Source: an uncultured Gammaproteobacteria bacterium
GTDB taxonomy: Bacteria; Patescibacteriota; Microgenomatia; CAYXHB01; CAZYTL01
Assembly: GCA_964650355.1 (NCBI GenBank)
Contig: CAZYTL010000004.1
Span: forward strand, 67,912 to 131,911
DNA length: 64,000 bases
Direction of reading: 5' to 3'
This document shows positions 27,876-37,713 of the stretch, in pieces. The translations under genes were made by a program, and so were the position numbers. The notes beneath the pieces are model-generated. The model saw only the letters and a list, made by a program, of their open reading frames with translations, was not told the origin of the DNA and made no database searches. Position 1 is the first letter of the stretch. Each line of letters opens with the position of its first letter.

Positions 27876-29627
27876 ATGCTCAAAACTTACAAAACCTTTT
27901 ACCACTTCCTGCTCAAGTACCGCTGGCAGTTTGTCCTGTTCAGCCTTGCCCTCGTGGCCTTAAGCATCTCCGTCAGCATTCAACCCTACTTCTACAAGCT
28001 CTTCGTTGACCAATTAACCCAAACCGAAGGCCCTCTCCTTGCCGACAACTATCAATCCCTGCTCAACATCCTTCTCCTCTACATCGGCGTCCGCCTCCTG
28101 CACGTCATCTTTGACCTCCTCACCTATTTCCTGGGCGACACCATTCTCATCGCCGCCTCTCGAGACGCTCGTTTGGCCGTGTTCCGCCAACTCCAGAACC
28201 TGGACTTTGCCTTCCATCTTTCCAAAAGCACCGGATCTTTAATCAGCGCCATCAAACGCGGCGACAATGCCTTCTTTAACCTCTTTCATCGCCTCAACAT
28301 CGAAATTCCCCGCATCATTATCAACTTCTTTGTCATTCTTATCTTCTTTTCTACCATCCGCTGGGAAATCACTGCTCTGATGATCCTTTCTTTCGCCGTC
28401 AACCTTTTCGCCGCCAAGTTCCTCATCACCTACAATATCCGCACCCGGGCCCAATTTAACCAAGCCGAAGACCATATCTCCGACCTCATAGTTGATAACC
28501 TCATCAACTACGAAACCGTCAAACTCTTTGCTAAAGAAAACTGGGAATTCAACCGTCTCAAAAAAGACTTTAAAGATTGGGTAACCAAATTCTGGGCCTT
28601 TGCCAACTCCTTCCGCCTCATCGACATTACCATTGGTACCCTTGGTAACCTGGGTCTTTTTCTCGTCCTTCTTTTCAGCCTCCAACTAACCCATCGCCGC
28701 CAGTTCACTCCCGGGGAATTTATCCTCGTACTGGGATTTGTCAGCTCCTTCTATCCCCGATTCTTCGAATTAATTTTCAAACTTCGGGACCTAGTCAAAA
28801 ACCTCACCGACGTAGAAAAATACTTCGACATCCTCGACCAGAAAACCTTAATCAAGGACCCAGCCCATCCCGTATCCAACACCTCAGTCGCTGGGGAAAT
28901 CGAATTCCGCAACGTCACCTTCACGTATCCTGAAGCGAAAAAACCCGCTCTCCAAAATTTCGACCTCAGAATCCGCCAAGGCCAGTCAATCGCCTTTGTC
29001 GGCTCCTCAGGAGTAGGTAAAACCACCGTGGTCAAACTTCTCATGCGCTTCTTTGACGTTGACCGGGGAGAAATCTTAATCGACGGCATCAATATTAAAC
29101 ATTTCACTAAAAGCCAGCTCCGTTCCTTCATGGGCATCGTGCCCCAGGAACCCATCCTCTTCAACAACACCATCGGCTTCAACATCGCCTATGGAGCCAG
29201 CCGACCATCCCGTAAACAAATCATGGCCGCCATCAAAATGGCCAACCTGGATCAATTCATCTGGTCCCTACCTCAAAAACTCCGCACTCAAGTCGGCGAA
29301 CGCGGCATCAAACTTTCCGGCGGCCAAAAACAGCGTCTGGCCATTGCCCGGATGATCCTGGCCAACCCCGACATCATCATCTTTGACGAGGCCACTTCCC
29401 AGCTCGATTCCCATTCCGAAAAAATTATCCAGGACGCTTTTTGGAAAGCCGCCCAAAACAAAACCACCATCATCATCGCCCACCGTCTGTCTACCATTAC
29501 CCGCGCTGATCAAATCGTGGTCATGAAACACGGACGGGTTGTGGAAAAAGGCTCTCACCAAGACCTCATCCACCGCCAAAAATCCCTCTATAAAAAATTC
29601 TGGCGCCTCCAAACCCAAAAAACTTAA
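27876..29627 (+). CDS. ABC exporter, fused permease/ATP-binding protein (Atm1/MsbA type)
   Basis: Six-TM N-terminus, NYETVK, Walker A GSSGVGKT, LSGGQKQR, Walker B IIIFDEATS, AHRLST. Confidence 0.93.
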   Translation: MLKTYKTFYHFLLKYRWQFVLFSLALVALSISVSIQPYFYKLFVDQLTQTEGPLLADNYQSLLNILLLYIGVRLLHVIFDLLTYFLGDTILIAASRDARLAVFRQLQNLDFAFHLSKSTGSLISAIKRGDNAFFNLFHRLNIEIPRIIINFFVILIFFSTIRWEITALMILSFAVNLFAAKFLITYNIRTRAQFNQAEDHISDLIVDNLINYETVKLFAKENWEFNRLKKDFKDWVTKFWAFANSFRLIDITIGTLGNLGLFLVLLFSLQLTHRRQFTPGEFILVLGFVSSFYPRFFELIFKLRDLVKNLTDVEKYFDILDQKTLIKDPAHPVSNTSVAGEIEFRNVTFTYPEAKKPALQNFDLRIRQGQSIAFVGSSGVGKTTVVKLLMRFFDVDRGEILIDGINIKHFTKSQLRSFMGIVPQEPILFNNTIGFNIAYGASRPSRKQIMAAIKMANLDQFIWSLPQKLRTQVGERGIKLSGGQKQRLAIARMILANPDIIIFDEATSQLDSHSEKIIQDAFWKAAQNKTTIIIAHRLSTITRADQIVVMKHGRVVEKGSHQDLIHRQKSLYKKFWRLQTQKT

Positions 29628-29644
29628 CCGATACCTTCCTTTAT

Positions 29645-32600
29645 CTACAAACCGTTATACTGGGTCGCCCCGTCACCGTTCACTTGGCTACCCGACTGAG
29701 CAGCAATCACCATCAACGGTACTCCATTGGTTGATTCCACCACCACTGACCCTGCCCAACCATCCGGAATATCTAATCCATCCGGTTGCTTATCCGTAGT
29801 GCTTCCCAACCATCTACTCAGTGACCGATATTGAGGTAAAGCATCGCCGCTAGAGTTAGAATAACTCACCGTCTTCATCGGACTCGCCTGTCCCGAAGAG
29901 TAATACTTTACCAACAGATTAGCTGCTGCCCCACTCCCCACATTCATGATCTGAAAACTCGACAAATACTGTCCCCCGCCCACATTCTTATTCACCGACG
30001 GTAGGAACAGTTTAGTATTTCCCGCGCCCTCTCCGTTATACGAAGACGCTCCTAAACCCCCTGCATAGTTAGCCTGATTTACAATTAAAATTACCTTTTT
30101 GTTTGCAGTCACCACCAATGACCCAAACCAGGAACTACCTAAGTCTGTATCCGGTCCTCCGTCTCCTTGGAAACGACTCACACTTTGATATTGGTTAAAA
30201 GGTGGTCCGTTTGTCCCGTCATATCTAACCGTCTTCACCAAACCGTTGTCTCCGTAATACCTAATAGTCACATTAGTTGTCCCTGCATCCACTGCCATCA
30301 CCTGATAACTGGTCGTCCATCTTCCGCTCCCCACATACCGCAAAATACTTGGAGCATAAACGATTGAAGATCCATCCTTTACCCCGTTATATGAAGTCAA
30401 CCTTCCTTCGCTATTATAACCATTTACCACTACTGCTATTTGATCTGTTCCGCTACCCGTACTCACCATTGCTCCGCCAAAAAATCCGTCAGGCAGTTGG
30501 CTATTATTAATCTGCTTCAAACTCACCACTCCATGACCCGCAATCGCTCTCGTCTCACTCGCTCCGGTTAATTCCCCTCCGTTGCTCCCTTGATAATACC
30601 TCACTGTCACATTAACTGTCGTTGATTTGGTATTCTGAATTATCATCTCGCTGCTGTATTGCCCTCCGCCAAACCGTTTTGTCACCGTCGGTAGATAAAA
30701 TCTATTTCCCAAATTGGCATTGTCCACTCCTGAGTACTGAGCAGCTCCGCTACCTCCACCGCTCCAGTTAAACACCTCGCCCACCACCGCCCCGATCGGC
30801 TGGCCGGCGTCCACCACCACGCTTCCCAGAAATCCATTCGGCAAATTAGCTACTGTTGGTTGATACACGCTCACTGACGAGCCTGCTGCTACATCAAAAG
30901 TGTGACTGGGTTGCCAAGCCACTTGATTCCCACTCTGTCCATAATATCGCGCGGTTACTTGCGTGCTCTGACTCCCTTGATTCTGCACCTGAAAACTTGT
31001 TGTCCCGTGATCAGCAGTAGCATTATTCAAAATATAGGGTAAATAAACCTTATAAGCGCCTGGAATCGGTGTAGGCTGTGGAGTCGGGGTCGGCGTTGGA
31101 GTCATTGTCGGTGTCGCAGTAGGGTTAGGATATTTCACATAAGTCACCCCATCCACTCCCACATAGTTATCATTCCCGTGAGCTTCAAAAGCCAGAAACA
31201 GCTTGCTCCCCCCATGATAGTCATTAATATTCACCGTCCGAAATACCCATCCGATAACGTCAGTACTAAAATTGATAGTCTTCAACGGCTCCCAGTGAGG
31301 CGGACTTTCTATGTAAATCTTCACCACTAAGCTCCCCGCCACATTTGTCACATTCTTGGACCAAAAACCTATCCCCCCCGGACCATACAGCGGCTCCGTA
31401 TGCACGATTGTTCCTGTATCTCCGCTAGTCTTACCCACCAGTATCACATAGGGATCATTCTCCCCCAAATGGCCATTAATCGTGCTCTTAGCACTAATTT
31501 GTGCATTCCAACATGTTGATAAGTCTTGTGTAAACTCACCGTTACATAACAACTGCGGAGCAGGTGTTGGCCCCCCAGTTGGCGTAGGCGTCGGTGTGTT
31601 AGTCGGTACCATCTCCAAACCACACATCTTTATATCCCCTGCTGTAGGCCATTGACTGTACTCAAAATATGATACCATCGGTTTTCCCGCCGAACTAACT
31701 CGGGGATCTTCAAAAGATTCATATGCAAATCCCCCGCTATTGTCAAACAACACCGGTTCCGTCCACGGACCGGTCGGACTGCCACCTCTGGCAATCTTAA
31801 TCCCCCCACCAGGTGAACTATTCGGCGAGTGATTATAAACCAACCACCAATAATCACCATACTTAAAAACGATTGAACTCTCAGGAATATCTTGTCCCGG
31901 TAGCACCAACTTCTGTCCATTCTCTTTATACATCGCCCCGTGGTCAACATAATTTCCTTGCAACAAAGACTGCACATCATTAAAAGTCACATATCCCACT
32001 ATGCCTCCGTCCGTATCTCTCCCCGTATAAAACAAATAACCCTGAGTTCCGTCATCTAACAAATAAGGATCCCGGCAATCCGACCATAAACCTCCGCCTG
32101 GGTAATCGGCTCCTGCATGCGTCGGTGTAAATACCACCGGCTTAACCTGCCAAGCGCTGGAATTAAAAGGATCAGCACTATTATTAATTGCCAATCGAAT
32201 TCTTTGTTCTCCAAGAAAAGTCGTTCCCCCTGAAATAATTCCGTTAACCTCTGTAAAAGCCATCAAATAGCTAATTTGACTCATAGGTTTGCTTTGCAGT
32301 TCAGCCACCTTTAGGAACCTTCCTGTTTGCAAATCATAAGGAGCCACATGCGGTACCCAAATATTAATAATATCCGTAGGATTAGGCTCTACCACCGGTG
32401 ACCCCGGAGGCGTATTCCCAGATAAGGTGTGTGATCCCAAAATCGTTCCCTTGTAAACCCAGCTGCTCAAATTATCAGATGACCCCGTTCCAAACCTGTC
32501 TTCGCATCCGGCTGACCCTCTCTGACAACTCGCTGTTGTCCGGTAAATGCTGATTACTGCTTCATGCAACCCGGATGAATTCTTGTAAGTAAAAGTGGTA

Positions 32601-32884
32601 TGGTCTTTAGGCAAAAACGGAGGTGAAAACCAACCCAATCCCGTACACTTCCTGACCGGATAACCCTCTATTAGTTGGACTCCAATCCCTCCAGAAGTCG
32701 GCCACATACATCTCAACCAATCAAGTAGATTAACTTTCCCGTCTGCATTTTGCTCGTCTGTATTGGGCAAACCATACACACCCAATATTGATCCACAAGT
32801 CACAGCTTCTTGAGCCATTACCACTTTCCATCCACCCCACAATACGGCCACCATCATCAACCCCAGCACCCACCATCTTCTCAT
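29645..32884 (-). CDS. Large secreted multidomain protein: dockerin-like, GH32/GH43-like beta-propeller, PT linkers, CBM-like domain, four C-terminal beta-sandwich repeats
   Basis: Signal peptide; NADGKVNLLDW; KDHT, WVPHV, CRDPY, IPES propeller motifs; repeats start VYLPYI, FYLPTV, VYAPSI, LFLPSV; start placed at MRRWW. Confidence 0.65.
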   Translation of the reverse strand: MRRWWVLGLMMVAVLWGGWKVVMAQEAVTCGSILGVYGLPNTDEQNADGKVNLLDWLRCMWPTSGGIGVQLIEGYPVRKCTGLGWFSPPFLPKDHTTFTYKNSSGLHEAVISIYRTTASCQRGSAGCEDRFGTGSSDNLSSWVYKGTILGSHTLSGNTPPGSPVVEPNPTDIINIWVPHVAPYDLQTGRFLKVAELQSKPMSQISYLMAFTEVNGIISGGTTFLGEQRIRLAINNSADPFNSSAWQVKPVVFTPTHAGADYPGGGLWSDCRDPYLLDDGTQGYLFYTGRDTDGGIVGYVTFNDVQSLLQGNYVDHGAMYKENGQKLVLPGQDIPESSIVFKYGDYWWLVYNHSPNSSPGGGIKIARGGSPTGPWTEPVLFDNSGGFAYESFEDPRVSSAGKPMVSYFEYSQWPTAGDIKMCGLEMVPTNTPTPTPTGGPTPAPQLLCNGEFTQDLSTCWNAQISAKSTINGHLGENDPYVILVGKTSGDTGTIVHTEPLYGPGGIGFWSKNVTNVAGSLVVKIYIESPPHWEPLKTINFSTDVIGWVFRTVNINDYHGGSKLFLAFEAHGNDNYVGVDGVTYVKYPNPTATPTMTPTPTPTPQPTPIPGAYKVYLPYILNNATADHGTTSFQVQNQGSQSTQVTARYYGQSGNQVAWQPSHTFDVAAGSSVSVYQPTVANLPNGFLGSVVVDAGQPIGAVVGEVFNWSGGGSGAAQYSGVDNANLGNRFYLPTVTKRFGGGQYSSEMIIQNTKSTTVNVTVRYYQGSNGGELTGASETRAIAGHGVVSLKQINNSQLPDGFFGGAMVSTGSGTDQIAVVVNGYNSEGRLTSYNGVKDGSSIVYAPSILRYVGSGRWTTSYQVMAVDAGTTNVTIRYYGDNGLVKTVRYDGTNGPPFNQYQSVSRFQGDGGPDTDLGSSWFGSLVVTANKKVILIVNQANYAGGLGASSYNGEGAGNTKLFLPSVNKNVGGGQYLSSFQIMNVGSGAAANLLVKYYSSGQASPMKTVSYSNSSGDALPQYRSLSRWLGSTTDKQPDGLDIPDGWAGSVVVESTNGVPLMVIAAQSGSQVNGDGATQYNGL

Positions 32885-33014
32885 TATATTTACTCTATCA
32901 GTATCCAAAATCATCGCACAAGTGGAAATTAAATTGCTCGGCATCTGCAACACTTTCTCATCGTTTTAAAACAGACTATTCCTTTCCCCCTCCCCGTATG
33001 CTATCATTCCCCTA

Positions 33015-33659
33015 ATGAAAAAGTTTCTCCTCCCCGCCCTCTTCAGTCTTCTCCTCTCCGGTTGTACCCTTAACCAAGCCGCCCAGACAACTCCTCCCTC
33101 TACCACTCAACCCAACACCCAATCAGACCAATCAATGGCCAATAACATTACTGGTTCACTTGAAGATCTTATCAACCAATCTAAATCCCTCAAATGCACC
33201 TGGCAATACACTGATCCTCAAAACCAAAGCCAGGGACAGGGAGAAATCTTCGTCTCAGGCAAAAAATTTAGCGGCTCTACTACCATCCAAGTCCCCGGCC
33301 AAAACCCTATTACTTCCGAAATGATCAGCGACGGTCAATGGCTATACCAATGGGGCGGTCCTCTGGCTCAGGGAGTCAAAATGAACATCAGTGAACTTCA
33401 AGACATGGGTTCTGACCAAACCAACGATCAGGCCCAGTCCGCTTACAAAACTCTTAACCAGCAGTATCAATATCACTGCCAAGCCTGGACTCCCGACCAA
33501 TCTAAATTCCAACTCCCCTCAGGGGTTAAGTTTACCGATTTGACTCAGCTAATGCAAAATGCTGTCGAAAATTCCCAAGATATGCAACAAAACGCCTGCG
33601 CCATGTGCGACCTCCTTCCTGCTGACGCCAAAACCGAGTGCCTCAAATCCTGCCAATAA
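33015..33659 (+). CDS. Hypothetical lipoprotein
   Basis: Lipobox LLLSGC; C-terminal CxxC...CxxxC. Confidence 0.8.
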   Translation: MKKFLLPALFSLLLSGCTLNQAAQTTPPSTTQPNTQSDQSMANNITGSLEDLINQSKSLKCTWQYTDPQNQSQGQGEIFVSGKKFSGSTTIQVPGQNPITSEMISDGQWLYQWGGPLAQGVKMNISELQDMGSDQTNDQAQSAYKTLNQQYQYHCQAWTPDQSKFQLPSGVKFTDLTQLMQNAVENSQDMQQNACAMCDLLPADAKTECLKSCQ

Positions 33660-33781
33660 ACTCCTCTCTATCTTCTTCATTTGTCTTCTTTTCACAAAGG
33701 TGTTAGTCTGAAATTAAGAGCGATATTCGAGGATCTCTTATTATTAAAAATAATTAAGGTACTAGGAAAGGAGGTGAACAC

Positions 33782-34420
33782 ATGGCCAAAACCAAAACTC
33801 CCAACCACTTACACGTTTCCATCTTATTTCTGGCGGCAATCGCTTTAGTCGCCGTTATTTTTGCCTATTCGACCAGCATGTCCCTGGCTGGACCTCAATT
33901 CGGATGGTCTCAACAAGTAGGACCTAAAGAATGTGACCAGACAGGCGCCCCTGTCATCAACGTCACTCAAAAAATCGTCCACACCGTTGATTCCGGAGAA
34001 GCTGGCAATAACTGGGCTTATGATGATCTCAATCGCCAAATACAAGTCTGGCAACAATCGGACAACACCTACTGTGCTTTAATCGACAATCAAGGTAAAT
34101 TCGATTCCCAACCAGGTCAAGCCAGCCCAGGCAACACGGGCACCTTAACCGGCAAAGAAGATGGTACGTTTAAGGGTGGATACCGAGCCGTAATCGTTGG
34201 CAGTCTCAAAGCTAGCCCAGCTTACAAAACTCACGGCTCCATCGGCACTTTTGATTTCCAGTGCGACCTTTCAGGTAACTGTCCGGGTTACGTCAACTGG
34301 GTTGATAGCTACTTCAGCCCAGGTTACCAATTCAGCTATCAGTGGTGGGGTTGGCAATACCAGTACAAAAACAAAGTCTGGACCAACTCTTCCGACGGCA
34401 ACACTGGCGACATCCTCTAA
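33782..34420 (+). CDS. Secreted or membrane-anchored hypothetical protein
   Basis: Strong SD (GAAAGGAGGTGA) 4 nt before the ATG; N-terminal hydrophobic helix. Confidence 0.8.
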   Translation: MAKTKTPNHLHVSILFLAAIALVAVIFAYSTSMSLAGPQFGWSQQVGPKECDQTGAPVINVTQKIVHTVDSGEAGNNWAYDDLNRQIQVWQQSDNTYCALIDNQGKFDSQPGQASPGNTGTLTGKEDGTFKGGYRAVIVGSLKASPAYKTHGSIGTFDFQCDLSGNCPGYVNWVDSYFSPGYQFSYQWWGWQYQYKNKVWTNSSDGNTGDIL

Positions 34421-34451
34421 TCCTGAAACCTGACATTGTTATTTCGGAATT

Positions 34452-34507
34452 AAGAGTCTTAGCTGCATGAACCCCAATTTATTTCTTGGGAAGATGTAGC
34501 TATTCTT
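34452..34507. terminator. Long imperfect hairpin between convergent genes
   Basis: AAGAGT/ATTCTT, TAGCTGCAT/ATGTAGCTA and CCCAA/TTGGG nested arms. Confidence 0.35.
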
Positions 34508-34591
34508 TGGCTTCCAACTTTCAACCGAACACCCCGCCGGAGCTTACCCATATTCTTTCCACCACTGACCGATTCCACCCAACAAATCCTT

Positions 34592-35308
34592 TCAATCTTC
34601 TTCTAACTCCATCCCTGAACCTGCCACTCTATGCGCTACCAACTTTACCCCTACTCCCACAGTCTTGAAATACGCATCCCGAACCGGAGGTAAAAACGTC
34701 AACCCAATCAACCTTCCTCCCTTTTCTGGCCTTAACAGTTCCATCGGGATCTCCAAATCTGCAATTCTTAAAAACGGCTCGGCAAAACCTTCGCAACTTA
34801 TTCCCTCCTTTTGCCATTCATTAAGCGCGTCTGACATAATCCTTTCAATCTCCGGATAATGTCTTCTCGGATCAACCGCTTTTTTCTTCTCGCCTAAAAC
34901 ATGCAATAACTTCTTTACCCGCTCACCCATCTTCAACGGCCGATTCATCTCTCGCTTCATTTCATCAGATACTGCCTCCTCACTATACTTCCACTCTTCA
35001 AATACCAGTCTCCTGTCACCGGCTGACACAGAATTCACCGCCCGGTTCCAACCTTCGCGGAAAGCAGCTCTTACTTCATCACCCTCCGCTCCATAAAAGT
35101 CCCCTGCCTTCATCAGAGTTACCAATGTGGCCGCATCATAACCCAACGACCAAGCACCGAAGCCTTCCCTCGATTGCCAACCCAATAAAACATTCCCGGT
35201 TTCCTGGGCCAATTCTTTCAACAAAAACCCTTTCTTTTCCTCATCCCATCTCTCACCACCTATCCCCTCAACGGTTTCTAGAGGAACAATCTCCGTTTCT
35301 TCTGCCAT
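34592..35308 (-). CDS. Hypothetical protein
   Basis: 238-aa ORF with leaderless-type TAAAAT-N6-ATG. Confidence 0.7.
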   Translation of the reverse strand: MAEETEIVPLETVEGIGGERWDEEKKGFLLKELAQETGNVLLGWQSREGFGAWSLGYDAATLVTLMKAGDFYGAEGDEVRAAFREGWNRAVNSVSAGDRRLVFEEWKYSEEAVSDEMKREMNRPLKMGERVKKLLHVLGEKKKAVDPRRHYPEIERIMSDALNEWQKEGISCEGFAEPFLRIADLEIPMELLRPEKGGRLIGLTFLPPVRDAYFKTVGVGVKLVAHRVAGSGMELEED

Positions 35309-35349
35309 TATCTCATTTTACCCCAACGCTACCGGATCCGTCATCATCT

Positions 35350-35518
35350 CTAATCCTCCACCTCTTCATCCTACCCCGCATCCCAATCCGGCCGAGTAAT
35401 CGCCACATACTCCAAACCTTGGGTTTCAATATGATGCTTCACCTTCGGCTCCACAATCACCAAATCCTTCCCTTTAACCTTATATGCCTGATCACCTATA
35501 CACAAAAGCGCATCACCT
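35350..35518 (-). pseudogene. Remnant 3' half of a cupin gene (paralog of 36124..36462) with a nonsense codon
   Basis: Translates to GDQAYKVKGKDLVIVEPKVKHHIETQGLEYVAITRPDWDAG*DEEVED*, versus GDEVYEVKAKDLVIVEPKVKHHIETRGLEYVAVTRPDWYAEQYEEVD* in the intact gene. Confidence 0.8.
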
Positions 35519-35562
35519 AAGTAACAATTTACAAGTACCCTATAATAATATATACTCATAAT

Positions 35563-36120
35563 ATGAGTGGATATATGGACTGGTATTTTGACGATCGTGA
35601 AACTAAAGTCTATACAGTACGAGAATACTGGCGATATCTGTGTCTTGCTAATTCAACAATCGACGCTTTAAAAGCTACCGGCAACCAATTATCCCCACGC
35701 GAGGAACTAGACATCAGATTCTACCGCGCTCAGCAACTCGAGGAAAAGGGCATCCAAAACTGGGATCATCATAACGACCACAGTTTTATCACCTCTGCGG
35801 TGTCTTCATATGGACTAAAAGTTGAAAGGCATACTGCCACAGATTATCAAGAATTAGTCCGCAACACTAATGCTGACCAAAGATTTATTCTCTATCTTAC
35901 TCGAAGCGTTCGTCCCAAAAACTTCAGACACCCGCACACTATACATTTGGCTCGAGAAGTTACTTCTTCTTTCCGCAGCGGAGTCTTAGGGAATGATGGT
36001 AGAATATACTCAGAACCCAGAATCAACTTGGCATTAGAAACAAACCTAGACCACTTTAGGCAGTTTGGCATGGACTTCAATATCTGGCGCATCTTTCGGC
36101 CAGGTTCCTCCCCTACCTAG
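35563..36120 (+). CDS. Hypothetical protein, possibly papain-like Cys/His fold
   Basis: 185-aa ORF with TATAAT upstream; YLCLANS...PHTIHL...GND spacing is only suggestive. Confidence 0.6.
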   Translation: MSGYMDWYFDDRETKVYTVREYWRYLCLANSTIDALKATGNQLSPREELDIRFYRAQQLEEKGIQNWDHHNDHSFITSAVSSYGLKVERHTATDYQELVRNTNADQRFILYLTRSVRPKNFRHPHTIHLAREVTSSFRSGVLGNDGRIYSEPRINLALETNLDHFRQFGMDFNIWRIFRPGSSPT

Positions 36121-36123
36121 CAA

Positions 36124-36462
36124 TTAGTCCACCTCTTCATACTGCTCCGCGTACCAATCCGGACGAGTAACCGCCACATACTCCAAACCTCTAGTCTCAA
36201 TATGGTGTTTTACCTTCGGCTCCACGATTACCAAATCCTTTGCTTTTACTTCATAAACTTCGTCCCCCACATAAAAAGTCCCCGAACCTTTGACAATAAA
36301 GAACATCTCATGGCAAACCCGATTCAAACACCGCCCCTTCTCCGGCACCCTAGACTTCACCCGCTGATAAGAAATCCCCACTTTATCATCCGGCATCGGA
36401 TAATCCCACACCACCCAATCCTTTACAGGAAACTTTGTCGTGTCTGAAAATTTAATAAGCAT
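36124..36462 (-). CDS. Cupin domain protein
   Basis: HEMFFIVKGSG.F.VG...DLVIVEP...H. Confidence 0.85.
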   Translation of the reverse strand: MLIKFSDTTKFPVKDWVVWDYPMPDDKVGISYQRVKSRVPEKGRCLNRVCHEMFFIVKGSGTFYVGDEVYEVKAKDLVIVEPKVKHHIETRGLEYVAVTRPDWYAEQYEEVD

Positions 36463-36513
36463 AATCTAAGCAAAAAATTTCAATCACTTTAAATTTTTTT
36501 TAAATCAAACCCG

Positions 36514-37065
36514 CTAATCAGAATTTCTTAAATCGCTTTTAACATGGTCAGGTAAATTATCAAATGAAAACATCCCTTGTTCACAATATCTCTTAAGTCT
36601 TTCATTCAACTCTAATTTATCAAACATTTGGTTTGTAACAGGCAGAATCGAAGCCTCACAAATTTTAGGACACACGATTCTAACAAACTTTAACAACTTA
36701 TTAAGCTTTATATCTACAATACTCCAATGAAGATGTTTATGAGAAAAACCCACTAAGTCATCATCAATTTGTTTCAATTTGAAGTTTTTTCCCAACTCTT
36801 GGGGTTCCAACAGCACATACCCTTTGGATTTTATCCCATCTTTAGTTATTGCCATTCTGGTAACAACCAGATCAATTTGACTTTCATTTGTTACTCTCCA
36901 TAGAGATAATTCACCATTCACGACCTTAAAATCTTTAAATTCTTCATCATCAAGCACGTCCCCGGGCAAATTATCAGGCTTGTATGTTCTGATCTTCCCA
37001 ATATTAACTTTCTCTGGAATCTTTCCCCACTTTTTTGGATTAAACGTCCTCAAATACCATACCAT
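36514..37065 (-). CDS. Hypothetical protein, putative ADP-ribosyltransferase/RES-like toxin fold
   Basis: N-terminal WYLR strand, GELSLW (S-x-W) and a later H-x-x-I; AT-rich cassette. Confidence 0.5.
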   Translation of the reverse strand: MVWYLRTFNPKKWGKIPEKVNIGKIRTYKPDNLPGDVLDDEEFKDFKVVNGELSLWRVTNESQIDLVVTRMAITKDGIKSKGYVLLEPQELGKNFKLKQIDDDLVGFSHKHLHWSIVDIKLNKLLKFVRIVCPKICEASILPVTNQMFDKLELNERLKRYCEQGMFSFDNLPDHVKSDLRNSD

Positions 37066-37076
37066 GCTTGTTAAAC

Positions 37077-37709
37077 TTAAGTTTCTGCCCTACTTAATCG
37101 AGTTAATAGTTTGTGAATCATTCCTTTTAGCAATGGGTTACTCTCTTCTCCTTCTCTCTCCCTTAACTCGTCAATCAAAGCTTGTGCATCCATTTTTGAA
37201 ATGTACATCACGACACCATACCTCAAATCATAGAAACTACTTCTCAACACTCTTTTAAGTAAGGATCTTCTTTCCAGATCATCGGTATATTTGGTTAACT
37301 TAGCAATTATGGAAATTAATTCGCCTAAAAACTCTTGCCTACTTTCATCTTCCACGTCCACCTTAGCTATTTCGCTCTCAATATAATTTAGTATTTCTCC
37401 CGAATTCAATCTAACTAAATCGTACAATTTATCGTATGTTTTGCTAACAAATGCTTCATTCTGGCCTGCATTAGAAGAAACCAAAAACTCCTTATAAACC
37501 TCTTCTAGCTTTTCTGGCATTGTTTCCTCATACAGAGGTTGATATTCATCAGAGGTACTTGAATTTTCTACAACAACAGCGACACCAGGCCTTCCTATTT
37601 GTGTCGTTGTGCCCATTAATCTATTTATCTCAAACAACTGATTAAGGTCATATTTTGGTTTATCAAAGGGATCTGTCCGGCTAGTTCGTGTTAAGTTATT
37701 ATCAGGCAT
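37077..37709 (-). CDS. Hypothetical protein with a disordered N-terminus and a helical (HEAT-like) C-terminus
   Basis: 210 aa; 4-nt and 11-nt gaps to its neighbours; LRYGVV..IS.M...ALIDELRER..EE.N..L pattern. Confidence 0.6.
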   Translation of the reverse strand: MPDNNLTRTSRTDPFDKPKYDLNQLFEINRLMGTTTQIGRPGVAVVVENSSTSDEYQPLYEETMPEKLEEVYKEFLVSSNAGQNEAFVSKTYDKLYDLVRLNSGEILNYIESEIAKVDVEDESRQEFLGELISIIAKLTKYTDDLERRSLLKRVLRSSFYDLRYGVVMYISKMDAQALIDELREREGEESNPLLKGMIHKLLTRLSRAET

Positions 37710-37713
37710 ATTT

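Noticed and set aside
31070-31130. Pro-Thr repeats as DNA tandem repeats (also about 31560-31610 and 20845-20870)
   Set aside because: Codons vary; these are ordinary protein linkers.
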